DNA of 64,000 nt, taken from the NCBI GenBank assembly GCA_964560425.1, contig CAZLLE010000011.1, positions 17,626-81,625 of the forward strand, in the 5' to 3' direction. Below the pieces are notes generated by a model. The model was given only the letters and a program-made list of their open reading frames with translations, ran no database searches and was not told where the DNA came from. Position numbers and translations under genes: made by a program. Positions 47,785 through 56,855 of the stretch are shown here, piece by piece. This stretch comes from an uncultured Campylobacterales bacterium. Its GTDB lineage: Bacteria > Campylobacterota > Campylobacteria > Campylobacterales > QNZT01. Every line of letters begins with the position of its first letter. Within the stretch, counting starts at the first letter, position 1.

Positions 47785-50700
47785 CTATTTACTCTTTTTT
47801 TTATAACTCCAAACAAATACTAACGGAATAAATACTAGAGTCAAAAATGTACCTACAATCAATCCACCAATGGCAACAGCACCAAGAGGAGCTAATCTCT
47901 CCAATCCTATAGCCCAACCAAGAGCTACGGGGATCATTCCTGCTGATACAGCAAGAGCAGTCATTAGAACAGGTCTAGTTCTTATCATAAGACTCTCTTT
48001 CATAGCTTCTATAGCATCTAGCCCCGATTCCATTCTCTCAATAGCAAAGTGTATTAATAAAATTGCATTATTCACAATAATTCCACTAAGAAGCATAAAT
48101 CCCATCATTGCAGGCATAGAAGTATGATAATTCAATATAAGCATAATCCATGCTGCCCCTATAATAGTCAGTGGTATAGAGACAATAACAAGAAATGAAA
48201 TTTTTACAGAATTAAACATTGGTACAAGTGTAAAAAAGATTAAAATAACAGCAAAACCAATAGCACTAACCATTCTTCCTGCTGAATTTTTAAACTGTGC
48301 TTCATCCCCTAGCCTTGTAAGTTCTACATCTTCAGGAAGAGTCATATTTTTTGAAACTTCATCATAATTTGCCATGATATGTGAAATAGCGGCCTTTTCT
48401 CTAAAACCATAAACATCTAGTGTATATTTAAGATTCTCTCTTGTGATAACATTTGGCTCATAAACCTCATTTAAAGATACAAATGTTTTTAGTGGTACTT
48501 TTCCTTTTGGAGTATCAATCAAAACGGAGTTTAGACTATTTAATGAATCAAACCCTTTAAACCAAACTCTTACATTAAAATCTTGAGCATTTTGAAGAGG
48601 AAAATATGAGACTTTTGCTCCTCGAAGTAAAAGTTGTAAATTTTTACTGATATCTCCAGAGCTAACACCATATTGAGAAGCCAACTTTTCATCAATACTA
48701 TAAGCATATACTTTTTTATCTTTATCCCAAGTTTTAGCTAATGAGACAATCCCTTTGGTATTATGAATAACATCTTCTAAAACCTCTCCAGCTTTTTGTA
48801 ATTTATCAAAACTATCACTCGATAACATAATATCAATATTACCTCTAATACTTGAGAGTGCTGAAGCTCCAGAGTCAAATACAAGCATATATTTAATATT
48901 TGGCAAAGATGAAAGATCAACCCTAAGCTTTCGCTGTATCTCCCAAATACTCTGCTCTCTCTCAAATCTATTAACATAATTTGCTGTAATAGAAATATGA
49001 TCAATTCCACTACCACTTCCAATACTCAAAATCCCCGCTTCACTACCAACAGAAGCTGAAACTTTTCGTATATGTTCATCTCTATAGAGAATCTCATTAA
49101 TCTGCAAAACCAACTCTTCGCTTTTAGAGATAGGTAAATTTGGATCAGTAGTAATATTAATTTTGATCGTACCTGTATCCATTGCAGGCATCAACTCTTG
49201 TCCTACAATTGGCATAACAAGTCGAACACTCACCACAAAAAGAGCAATAAGAAGAATAAAATAGCCAAAAGCTACCTTTTTACTATCCAATGCCTTTGTC
49301 ACAACTCCTACAAAAAAATCTCTTAAAGCATTATTTACTGAGTTTGTAATTTTCTGAAAAAAATCTTCAGATTTAATAATCCATGGAGAGTTTATTGTCA
49401 AAATTTTCATAGACAAAAGGGGAACAGCGGTAATAGATATAACATAAGAGGCTGCCAATGCAATCAAGAGTGTACCCACAAGTGGTTGGAAAATTGTCTG
49501 AGGATATCCACCCACAAAGAGCATAGGAGCAAGAGCGATCATAGTTGTAATTGTTCCTGAAAAATCGGCAAACATAATCTCTTTGGTTCCACCCATTACA
49601 GCATCATATATATTATCATGCTCCTCTCTATAGTGCCTCTCTATATTTTCCAATACAACAACCGTATCATCAAGCAAAAGACCAAGAGCCAAAATAATTG
49701 CGGTCAATCCAACAACTGAAAACTCCATGCCAATTCCCCACATAATAGCAATTGTAGTAGCATATACAAGTGGGATAGTAAGAGTCACTATAAGAACTTG
49801 TCTAAAAGATGCCAAAAAGAAAAATACTACAATTGTAGACATAATAATTGCATCTCTCAAAGACTCAAACATATTTGAAATACTCTGCTCTATAATCTCT
49901 TTTTGAGTATCAGTTGTCTCAAAAGATATATTTGGATACTTTTGTGAAAGCTCTGCAATTTTTGCCTCTGCATTTTCAATAGTTTTAACCACATCGGCAC
50001 TAATACCTCTTTGTACTGATATAGCTATCGCTTTTTTACCATTACCATAATAGAGAGCTGAATTTTTATAGTGTTCAAATTTAACTTTGGCTACATCTTT
50101 TAATTTAATATCAGCAGATATAGGTAGATTCAAAAGAGATTTTATATTATCTCTTTTACCAATATTTTTTACCAAAAAGCTACTATCTTTAGAATCCAAA
50201 AAGCCAATAGCATAATCTTTATTATTTGATCTTAAGGCATTAATCACAGCATTAATAGGCAAATGATAACGATCAAGTAGACTCTTATCAATCTCTACAC
50301 GAACCTCTTTTTTATATCCACCAAAAATATCAACATTTGCAACACCTTCTACAGTAAGAAGAGAGTTTTTCACCTCATTTTCGGCAATCTCTTTGATATC
50401 TTGCAAAGATAACTTATCACTACTTGCACCAAATACAATTACAGGTGGAGTTGCCGCTGATATTTTATGAATTTGTGGTTCTAATAGATCACTTGGCAGT
50501 GATGATTTTATCTTGTTAATAGAGTTAGCAACATCATTTGCCGCTTCTGATAGATCTTTACCATACTCAAATTCAACTCTTACAACACTAACTTCATCAA
50601 TTGTATTTGAGTATACTCGTCTAACTTTATCTATACTATAAAACTCTTTTTCACTAGGTACAGCTACATTTGAAGCTATATCTTTGGCAGAAGCTCCTGG

Positions 50701-50868
50701 TTCTATCATGACAACAGCAATCTCTGGACGATTAGAATCAGGAAAAAGCTTACGATCTATTTTGCCATATCCAATAATTCCCAAAAATACAAATAGCGTC
50801 AAAAATGAGTAGATAAACGCTGGTCGATTTAAGACCTTTTCTATAAAAGAGTCACTATTTTTCATCAA
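47785..50868 (-). CDS. RND efflux transporter permease (AcrB/HAE1-like)
   Basis: 1027 aa with 12-TM/2-loop architecture. The TM4 motif GLLLDDTVVVLENIERH is of the AcrB DD type rather than the heavy-metal type. Confidence 0.85.
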   Translation of the reverse strand: MMKNSDSFIEKVLNRPAFIYSFLTLFVFLGIIGYGKIDRKLFPDSNRPEIAVVMIEPGASAKDIASNVAVPSEKEFYSIDKVRRVYSNTIDEVSVVRVEFEYGKDLSEAANDVANSINKIKSSLPSDLLEPQIHKISAATPPVIVFGASSDKLSLQDIKEIAENEVKNSLLTVEGVANVDIFGGYKKEVRVEIDKSLLDRYHLPINAVINALRSNNKDYAIGFLDSKDSSFLVKNIGKRDNIKSLLNLPISADIKLKDVAKVKFEHYKNSALYYGNGKKAIAISVQRGISADVVKTIENAEAKIAELSQKYPNISFETTDTQKEIIEQSISNMFESLRDAIIMSTIVVFFFLASFRQVLIVTLTIPLVYATTIAIMWGIGMEFSVVGLTAIILALGLLLDDTVVVLENIERHYREEHDNIYDAVMGGTKEIMFADFSGTITTMIALAPMLFVGGYPQTIFQPLVGTLLIALAASYVISITAVPLLSMKILTINSPWIIKSEDFFQKITNSVNNALRDFFVGVVTKALDSKKVAFGYFILLIALFVVSVRLVMPIVGQELMPAMDTGTIKINITTDPNLPISKSEELVLQINEILYRDEHIRKVSASVGSEAGILSIGSGSGIDHISITANYVNRFEREQSIWEIQRKLRVDLSSLPNIKYMLVFDSGASALSSIRGNIDIMLSSDSFDKLQKAGEVLEDVIHNTKGIVSLAKTWDKDKKVYAYSIDEKLASQYGVSSGDISKNLQLLLRGAKVSYFPLQNAQDFNVRVWFKGFDSLNSLNSVLIDTPKGKVPLKTFVSLNEVYEPNVITRENLKYTLDVYGFREKAAISHIMANYDEVSKNMTLPEDVELTRLGDEAQFKNSAGRMVSAIGFAVILIFFTLVPMFNSVKISFLVIVSIPLTIIGAAWIMLILNYHTSMPAMMGFMLLSGIIVNNAILLIHFAIERMESGLDAIEAMKESLMIRTRPVLMTALAVSAGMIPVALGWAIGLERLAPLGAVAIGGLIVGTFLTLVFIPLVFVWSYKKKSK

Positions 50869-51994
50869 AAACTACTCTAATATTTTGTAATGCTAAAAGA
50901 GAAGATAATTTTGATTCACTCCCTACTGCAACTGGTTTAGATATAGAAGGAGAGATAACTGCAAAATTATCATCTTCTACAACAACATCTACTCTCTGTT
51001 TCTCAAACATATCACCGTTATAAACCATAACACTCACATCCTCATCATGCAACAGAGCATTTAGAGGAACAGCCACACCTTTTGCACTTTTAAACAAAAC
51101 TTTAATATTTACAGATGAACCAATAGGCATTTTAATATCATTTTTCAAAGCTATCTCTGCTGTTGTTAATCCATTTTTACTATTATCATAGATAGCAGTA
51201 ATCTCTTCGCTAAACCCCTCTATTTCTACTTTTTGACCTATTTTTATAGGAGTATTTGGAGCATAAGAAAAAATAACTCTCTTTTTATTACTTATAATAT
51301 TCATAATAGGTTTTCCGGGAGCCGAGAGTGAACCCTCTTTGATAAAGATATCACCAACCACACCATCTATAGGAGATACAATTTGAGCATAAGTAGCTTG
51401 ATTTTGTTTTACTTTTAATGCCTCTTTAAGAGAAGAGATCTCTTTTTGTTTTGCTTCAATAGCCTTTTTAGATGCTAATACTTTGGCTTTTTTACTCTGT
51501 AACATTACTAAAGAGTTATCATAAGACTCTTTTGCAATACCACCAATTTCATAGAGTGCTCTGTTTCGCTCAACACTCTCTTTTGCCAAATTTAGATCAG
51601 CTACAGCCACAGAGAAATTCGCTTTTAAAGACTCTTTAGAAAAAATTGAAGCATCAAGTGCATTTTGTTGTTGATTAATGGCAGCTTTGACATCTACAAG
51701 ATCAAGTTCAGCTAAAAGATCACCTTTTTTTACAGCATCTGACTCTCTTACATAGATTTTTTTCAAATATCCACTAAGTTTTGAGCTAATTTGAGGTTGA
51801 TTCATAGCTTGAAGATTTGCCAAAAAAGATTCACTCTCACTAATCTTTTTTACTATTGGCTTATAAACCACAACTGTACTCGACATAGCTTTTGCACTAG
51901 GGGCATTCTCTACAGACTCTTTTCTCTTTTTTACAAGTGTTACTGCACCTATAATTATCAAGATAATTACAAGTAATCCTATAATTTTTTTCAT
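50855..51994 (-). CDS. RND efflux periplasmic adaptor (membrane fusion protein)
   Basis: N-terminal anchor, lipoyl/hairpin/beta-barrel-like organisation, and overlaps with both neighbours. Confidence 0.8.
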   Translation of the reverse strand: MKKIIGLLVIILIIIGAVTLVKKRKESVENAPSAKAMSSTVVVYKPIVKKISESESFLANLQAMNQPQISSKLSGYLKKIYVRESDAVKKGDLLAELDLVDVKAAINQQQNALDASIFSKESLKANFSVAVADLNLAKESVERNRALYEIGGIAKESYDNSLVMLQSKKAKVLASKKAIEAKQKEISSLKEALKVKQNQATYAQIVSPIDGVVGDIFIKEGSLSAPGKPIMNIISNKKRVIFSYAPNTPIKIGQKVEIEGFSEEITAIYDNSKNGLTTAEIALKNDIKMPIGSSVNIKVLFKSAKGVAVPLNALLHDEDVSVMVYNGDMFEKQRVDVVVEDDNFAVISPSISKPVAVGSESKLSSLLALQNIRVVFDEK

Positions 51995-53238
51995 TTTGTA
52001 TCCCCATTTTCTGTAATATATTTGTAGTAATAGATGGCACTTTGAAGTGCATATTTGCTATTTATCTCTTTTGAGAGAGTATTTTGGTGTCTACTTTTGG
52101 CAAAAAGTAGATCATAAATGGTCCCAACCCCTTGATCATAACGCATCTGCTCAATCTTAAGAGTCTCTTCAACCAAAGCCAATTCAGATTTTGCACTTTG
52201 GAGTTTATCTGCTGCAATATCTACTCTTTTTTTTGCCTCTTCTATATCTCTTTTGAGTGTAAGCTCTATTTTTTTACTCTGCAAAGATGATTGCAACTTC
52301 TCTATTTTGGCTTTTTGAACAAGAGATGAACGAGTACCAAAATCAAATAAAACCCAATTCAGTCCAACACCAACTTGCCAAATATCATCACTCTCGCCCT
52401 CACCATAATTATTTCCATAATATCCATTTAGGGATAAGTTTGGATAGTATGAACTATTTGCATTTTGTAATTTCTTATCACTCTTTTTCTCTTCTATTAA
52501 ACTCATTTTATATCTATTAAGAGATTTTATATCTTGATCTTCTAAATCAGCTTTTGATGAAGTTGAAATATCTTCAATATCAGATAGCTCATCTACACCA
52601 ATAATAGATGCCAAAGAGGAGTGTAATATCTCAATATTTGATCTCAACTCTTTGACGCCCACATTTGCACTCTCTAAATCTGCTTTTACCTTCAAAAGAT
52701 CTACTTTTGGTCTTTTACCAATCTCTACACCCAAAGCAACTATCTCTTCAAGCTTTACTAAGGCATCTCTATAAGAGATAGCCCCATTTTCTTGAGATTT
52801 CAGTGATAAAATTTTGAGATAGACAGAGCGAATATTATATATTAACTGTTCACGAGATAGATTTAGAGCCATTTGAGAGATATTTTCTGAAAGTGAAGCA
52901 ATCTCTATATCTCGCATACTTGAAAAACCACTAAAAAGAGAGACATCATAAGCAACACCCAAACTTCCTATCTCTTGGCTTGTTAAAATATTGGATGTAA
53001 TTGGCGGAACAATAGGGGTAAGTGTTCTTGGAATATTATATTTGGTATAACTACCACGCATGCTGATTTTCCCATAATTTGATGCCTTTTTAATATTGAG
53101 TGCTTCATGAGAGAGCAATATTTTATTTTTTTGCATCAAAAAATCTGGACTATTTTTCAGACCTATCTCTATAGCTTGTTCAAGAGTTATAGCATGAATA
53201 GTTATAGCAGATAGAATCAATAACAATGATTTTTTCAT
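51991..53238 (-). CDS. TolC-family outer-membrane efflux protein
   Basis: Signal peptide, a duplicated OEP-type repeat pattern, 415 aa. First gene of the efflux operon. Confidence 0.8.
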   Translation of the reverse strand: MKKSLLLILSAITIHAITLEQAIEIGLKNSPDFLMQKNKILLSHEALNIKKASNYGKISMRGSYTKYNIPRTLTPIVPPITSNILTSQEIGSLGVAYDVSLFSGFSSMRDIEIASLSENISQMALNLSREQLIYNIRSVYLKILSLKSQENGAISYRDALVKLEEIVALGVEIGKRPKVDLLKVKADLESANVGVKELRSNIEILHSSLASIIGVDELSDIEDISTSSKADLEDQDIKSLNRYKMSLIEEKKSDKKLQNANSSYYPNLSLNGYYGNNYGEGESDDIWQVGVGLNWVLFDFGTRSSLVQKAKIEKLQSSLQSKKIELTLKRDIEEAKKRVDIAADKLQSAKSELALVEETLKIEQMRYDQGVGTIYDLLFAKSRHQNTLSKEINSKYALQSAIYYYKYITENGDTK

Positions 53239-53332
53239 ATATATCCTAATTTTTTTAATAAATTTAATATTACCGATTAAATATAAATTATAGATATATA
53301 ATCGGATAAATTATTATATTTTGTAATAAAAG

Positions 53333-53364
53333 AGTATATAGAAGATTTGTTACTTAAGTGTTAC
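53333..53364 (-). promoter_or_regulatory. GTAACA-N5-GTAACA-N9-TATACT promoter/regulator box upstream of the efflux operon
   Basis: Gene-strand reading is GTAACActtaaGTAACAaatcttctaTATACT. The hexamers sit at 53359-53364 and 53348-53353, and the -10 at 53333-53338. Confidence 0.6.
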
Positions 53365-53375
53365 TTTCAGATAAA

Positions 53376-53400
53376 ATAGCCTGATAAAGCATCAGGCTAT
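53376..53400 (-). terminator. rho-independent terminator of the 127-aa gene
   Basis: ATAGCCTGAT-aaagc-ATCAGGCTAT: a 10-bp perfect stem followed on the minus strand by TTTTATCT. Confidence 0.7.
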
Positions 53401-53412
53401 TAAAATTATGGA

Positions 53413-53796
53413 CTATTTACCAGAGCCTGAGCCATCTTTAAGTTTTTGTTGTCTCTTTCCTTGGTTTTGTTGCTTTTGGACACGATCAACACCTTGATTC
53501 ATCTTACCAGCACCTGAACCATCTCTAAGTCTCTGATGAACTCCTTGAGAATAACCTTGTCCTTCACCTCTATTTGCTCCTTTATTCTTCCCCATTCCTC
53601 TACTTGCTCTATATTTTGCTCTCTCTTGTGGGGTCATCGCCTGCATTCTACTTTGCATCTCTGATCTAAAGGCTTCTCTATTTTCAATAGGAACACTACC
53701 TCTCAAAGAGGTTAACTCATCAGTTGTCATTTGTGAATAATCTGCTGCCAATAAACTAATACTAACTAAACTCATTGCTATAATTATATTTCTCAT
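53413..53796 (-). CDS. small secreted helical protein with Gly/Gln/Lys-rich tail (DUF1104-like?)
   Basis: Signal peptide, a helical core (MTTDELTSLRGSVPIENREAFRSEMQSRMQAMTPQERAKYR), and repeated (R/K)L(R/K)DGSG(A/S)GK near the C-terminus. Confidence 0.55.
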   Translation of the reverse strand: MRNIIIAMSLVSISLLAADYSQMTTDELTSLRGSVPIENREAFRSEMQSRMQAMTPQERAKYRASRGMGKNKGANRGEGQGYSQGVHQRLRDGSGAGKMNQGVDRVQKQQNQGKRQQKLKDGSGSGK

Positions 53797-53845
53797 CTTT
53801 TATCCTTTTTTTAAATCTGACATATCAAACTTTATTGATAATGAA

Positions 53846-53877
53846 AGTATAAAAAAAAATTGTTACCTAATTGTTAC
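53846..53877 (-). promoter_or_regulatory. GTAACA-N5-GTAACA-N9-TATACT promoter/regulator box upstream of the 127-aa gene
   Basis: Gene-strand reading is GTAACAattagGTAACAattttttttTATACT. It overlaps the hemerythrin stop codon. The distal hexamer also forms the palindrome GTTACtagaaGTAAC (53873-53887). Confidence 0.6.
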
Positions 53878-54274
53878 TAGAAGTAACTAGAAATTCAGCA
53901 GCAGGAGTATCCATAGCTTTAATGTGTTGATCAAGCCACTCAATAAGCTCTTCTTTGAAATATTCACTCAAAGAGTCCCTATCTTTAGATGAACGCCAAT
54001 CCATCATGGCATATCTAGTGGCATTCAAAACTTTATTATGATCAGCTTGATGAATGCTATACATGGGATAGTTTTTATCCCTCATAAGGTTCTCTTCGTA
54101 AGAGAAATGTTGTTGCATATGTTCAACCAAAACTTGAATCTGTGCAGTTATCTCACTAGCATCATCACAACTCTCAATTAACTTCCAAAGAGTATTTAAA
54201 ATATCTATCTCTTCAAAATGTATCTCATTCATCTTATCAATACAAACAAGTGGAATACTCTCTTTATCTATCAT
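53867..54274 (-). CDS. hemerythrin-like metal-binding protein (bacteriohemerythrin)
   Basis: Spaced His/Glu/Asp ligand pattern: HFEEID, HFSYEENLM, HQADHNKVL and LDQHIKAMD. 135 aa. Confidence 0.8.
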   Translation of the reverse strand: MIDKESIPLVCIDKMNEIHFEEIDILNTLWKLIESCDDASEITAQIQVLVEHMQQHFSYEENLMRDKNYPMYSIHQADHNKVLNATRYAMMDWRSSKDRDSLSEYFKEELIEWLDQHIKAMDTPAAEFLVTSSNN

Positions 54275-55278
54275 TTAAAACCCTTTTTTTTAAAAATTCC
54301 TGCAATCTTATTATGACATGAAGGACAACATCCATCTATGAGATAATTTTTTTGTACAAAGAAATGATCTCTTTGAATTAATATTTCACCACACTTTGGA
54401 CAAATGGTAGGATTCTCATGTCCAATATTACCCATGTATATATATTTTAATCCTGCATTTTTACCAATCTTATAAGCTCGTTGAAGTATTTGTAGTGAAG
54501 TAGCAGGAAGATTCTGTTGTTTATAGTCTGGATGAAAAGCTGAAATATGCCAAGGAACATCTTTACCTAGTTCATCAGCTATAAAGTGTGCTATTTTGGT
54601 TAACTCTTCATCACTATCATTTTTGGTTGGAATAATCAAAGTTGTAATCTCAATCCAAATACCATTTTCAACAAAAAGCTTTAGATTTTCCAAAATTTTA
54701 TCCAAATTTCCACCCAACTCTTTTTGATAATATTTATGATCAAAAGATTTAAGATCAATATTTGCAGCATCAATAATACCTCTCATATCATTGATTACTT
54801 CACTAGATTCAAATCCATTACTGACAAAAACATTTTTGATACCAAATTTTTGTGCCTCTAATGCAATATCTCTAGCATAAGGATAAAAAATAGTTGCTTC
54901 ATTGTATGTATAAGAGATAGATTCACACTCATTCTCTTTTGCTAATTTAACTATTAATTGAGGGGAGTAATAGTTACTTTTATCGATATTATGAGTCTGA
55001 GATATACTCCAGTTTTGACAAAATGGACAATGAAAATTACACCCAACAGTTCCAATAGAAAATGATTTAGAAGATGGCAAAAAGTGATAAAGTGGCTTCT
55101 TCTCTATAGGATCAATATTCATAGCTGATGGATATCCATAAACCAGACACTCAATAGAATCGCCAATATTTTTATTTACACCACAAATACCAACCTTACC
55201 CTCTTTAATTTTACAATAGTGTTGACACAATGTACAAATTAATCTATCTTCTTTATATTTTTTATAAAATTTAGACAA
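54271..55278 (-). CDS. AmmeMemoRadiSam-type radical SAM enzyme (PflA-like activase family)
   Basis: TTG start after a GGAGG RBS. N-terminal Cys pairs (CTLCQHYC, GICGV), DPIEKKPLYHF, the radical SAM cluster CNFHCPFCQNW, and a C-terminal CPKCG...CPSCH ribbon. Confidence 0.75.
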   Translation of the reverse strand: MSKFYKKYKEDRLICTLCQHYCKIKEGKVGICGVNKNIGDSIECLVYGYPSAMNIDPIEKKPLYHFLPSSKSFSIGTVGCNFHCPFCQNWSISQTHNIDKSNYYSPQLIVKLAKENECESISYTYNEATIFYPYARDIALEAQKFGIKNVFVSNGFESSEVINDMRGIIDAANIDLKSFDHKYYQKELGGNLDKILENLKLFVENGIWIEITTLIIPTKNDSDEELTKIAHFIADELGKDVPWHISAFHPDYKQQNLPATSLQILQRAYKIGKNAGLKYIYMGNIGHENPTICPKCGEILIQRDHFFVQKNYLIDGCCPSCHNKIAGIFKKKGFK

Positions 55279-55407
55279 CTGTTCCTCCTTTTTATGTGAT
55301 AAACACCCCTTTTTATTGAATCACAAAAAATAGTCCTCCCACTTTGAAATACTAAATTTTATACTTTCTCTACTTGTCATATAATGAAATTACTATTGCA
55401 TTAGTAC

Positions 55408-55986
55408 TTAATATCTAATAACTAACTCAATATAATGATCATTATCTTCCAACTTTATATCCAACTTAGTAGACATAGCAATTTTCTGCATACGAATAGT
55501 TGTATTTAACGACTCTAATACATGTAAATAGTTCATAGTAAAAGGTGTCTTAATATTCTCTATTTTTCTATCTTTTATTAATTTTACCGCACTATTTATA
55601 ATCTCTTCATAAACTAACTTATTAGTGGCTCTTTGAAGCCTATACTCTCTCATATATTGATAATTTTTGAGAAGTACATCTTTTTCGATATTATTTAAAT
55701 AACTAATTTTTTTAACTTTAGACTCTTCTAAATCAAGTTTGTGTCTATAATTCTCGATTTTTGTTTCATAAAATTTATCAAAATCGGGAATACAAGTGTA
55801 TAAAATATCTAAAACATCACTATTTTTTAAACTATCTTTTCTACCCAAGATTTTATTTAAAACTTGGATAGAGGGATTAATGAAGTTATATTTATCCTCT
55901 TTACCATCAAAACTTACACCACTAGAAGATATTCTTGGTTTACTTCCTACATATTCAATATTTACCATTTTATTATTTCCTTTCAA
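55408..55986 (-). CDS. hypothetical protein
   Basis: 192-aa ORF with coding-like composition and no motif I recognise. Confidence 0.45.
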   Translation of the reverse strand: MKGNNKMVNIEYVGSKPRISSSGVSFDGKEDKYNFINPSIQVLNKILGRKDSLKNSDVLDILYTCIPDFDKFYETKIENYRHKLDLEESKVKKISYLNNIEKDVLLKNYQYMREYRLQRATNKLVYEEIINSAVKLIKDRKIENIKTPFTMNYLHVLESLNTTIRMQKIAMSTKLDIKLEDNDHYIELVIRY

Positions 55987-56039
55987 ATATTTTAAAACTT
56001 ACTGCCTTAGTACTTATTACAAAAAAACTCATCTTAAAC

Positions 56040-56450
56040 CTAAAGTCTACCTCGCCCCATTCCTCTAAAATTTTTAGGAGGGAAATTAGCATATAGATAC
56101 TCAGCTACTTGTTGAAGTTCCTCTTTTGTAATACTATCTTTTAAAGAGGGCATAAGACCAAATTTTTCAAGTTTTTTTGGCATACATATCGATTTTTCTC
56201 GTGAAGGCTTAAGAACATAATCTACAATAAATTTTACAGCATCTTTTTGAGTGGAGAACTCTTTTTTGACATGACGCATCACACCCATAATTGCAGGTGC
56301 AACAATAGTTGTAAGCTGTTTTTGAGTTGGTTTAGTTGTCATGTGACAGCTTTCACATTTTTGTGAAAATAGTGCTTTGGCACTATCTTCTGCTAAAAGC
56401 GTACTATTTAACACTAATAGTAGCGTTGTTGATATTAATATTTTTTTCAT
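56040..56450 (-). CDS. periplasmic class I c-type cytochrome
   Basis: Signal peptide, heme site CESCH, and a distal Met candidate (GLMPSL). 136 aa. Confidence 0.75.
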   Translation of the reverse strand: MKKILISTTLLLVLNSTLLAEDSAKALFSQKCESCHMTTKPTQKQLTTIVAPAIMGVMRHVKKEFSTQKDAVKFIVDYVLKPSREKSICMPKKLEKFGLMPSLKDSITKEELQQVAEYLYANFPPKNFRGMGRGRL

Positions 56451-56502
56451 TTACAATCCTTTCTCTACTATACTAAATCGACCTATTCAAAATAAATAAG
56501 AT

Positions 56503-56523
56503 AGTATAGAACAGATTTGTTAA
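56503..56523 (-). promoter_or_regulatory. TTAACA-N9-TATACT promoter upstream of the cytochrome c gene (half-site only)
   Basis: Gene-strand TTAACAAATCTGTTCTATACT matches the efflux promoter core GTAACAAATCTTCTATATACT at 17 of 21 positions. There is no distal hexamer. Confidence 0.4.
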
Positions 56524-56532
56524 AATGAAAAT

Positions 56533-56811
56533 TTAGCCTATCTCACAATGACCAATATCTAATTTTTTTATTAAAGCTTCAAAAAATTTGCCACTCTCTT
56601 TATCATAATCATCATGAAACTCAACAGAATACTCACCAGCAAGATCTTTTTTTGGTGTAACTGTTATGGAAGGGGCAATACCGAACTCTTCAATTATTAT
56701 TCCTACAGTATCACAAATCAATTTTCTCTGAGAAGTTGAATTATACTCCAATACCAACCTAGAATATCTCTCCTCCATCTCATGATAAGCTTTGATACAA
56801 ACATCTGCCAT
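56533..56811 (-). CDS. hypothetical protein
   Basis: 92-aa acidic ORF between the kinase and cytochrome genes. No recognisable family. Confidence 0.4.
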   Translation of the reverse strand: MADVCIKAYHEMEERYSRLVLEYNSTSQRKLICDTVGIIIEEFGIAPSITVTPKKDLAGEYSVEFHDDYDKESGKFFEALIKKLDIGHCEIG

Positions 56812-56855
56812 ATTAACCCTTTATAATTTTTTCTAATTATATACTATTTTTTATT

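Noticed and set aside
47785-50868. Reading the efflux pump as a Cus/Czc heavy-metal (HME) RND system, given the copper receptor elsewhere in the window
   Set aside because: The TM4 proton-relay segment reads GLLLDDTVVVLEN, the AcrB-type adjacent Asp-Asp pattern. It is not the HME-type spaced D/A-x-D-x-E pattern as I recall it. The substrate class is left open.
47745-53877. Interpreting the GTAACA hexamers as ordinary -35 elements
   Set aside because: The proximal hexamer is 9 nt from the -10-like box and the distal one is 20 nt away. Neither fits the ~17-nt spacing between sigma-70 -35 and -10 elements. The strict 11-bp periodicity fits an activator site better.
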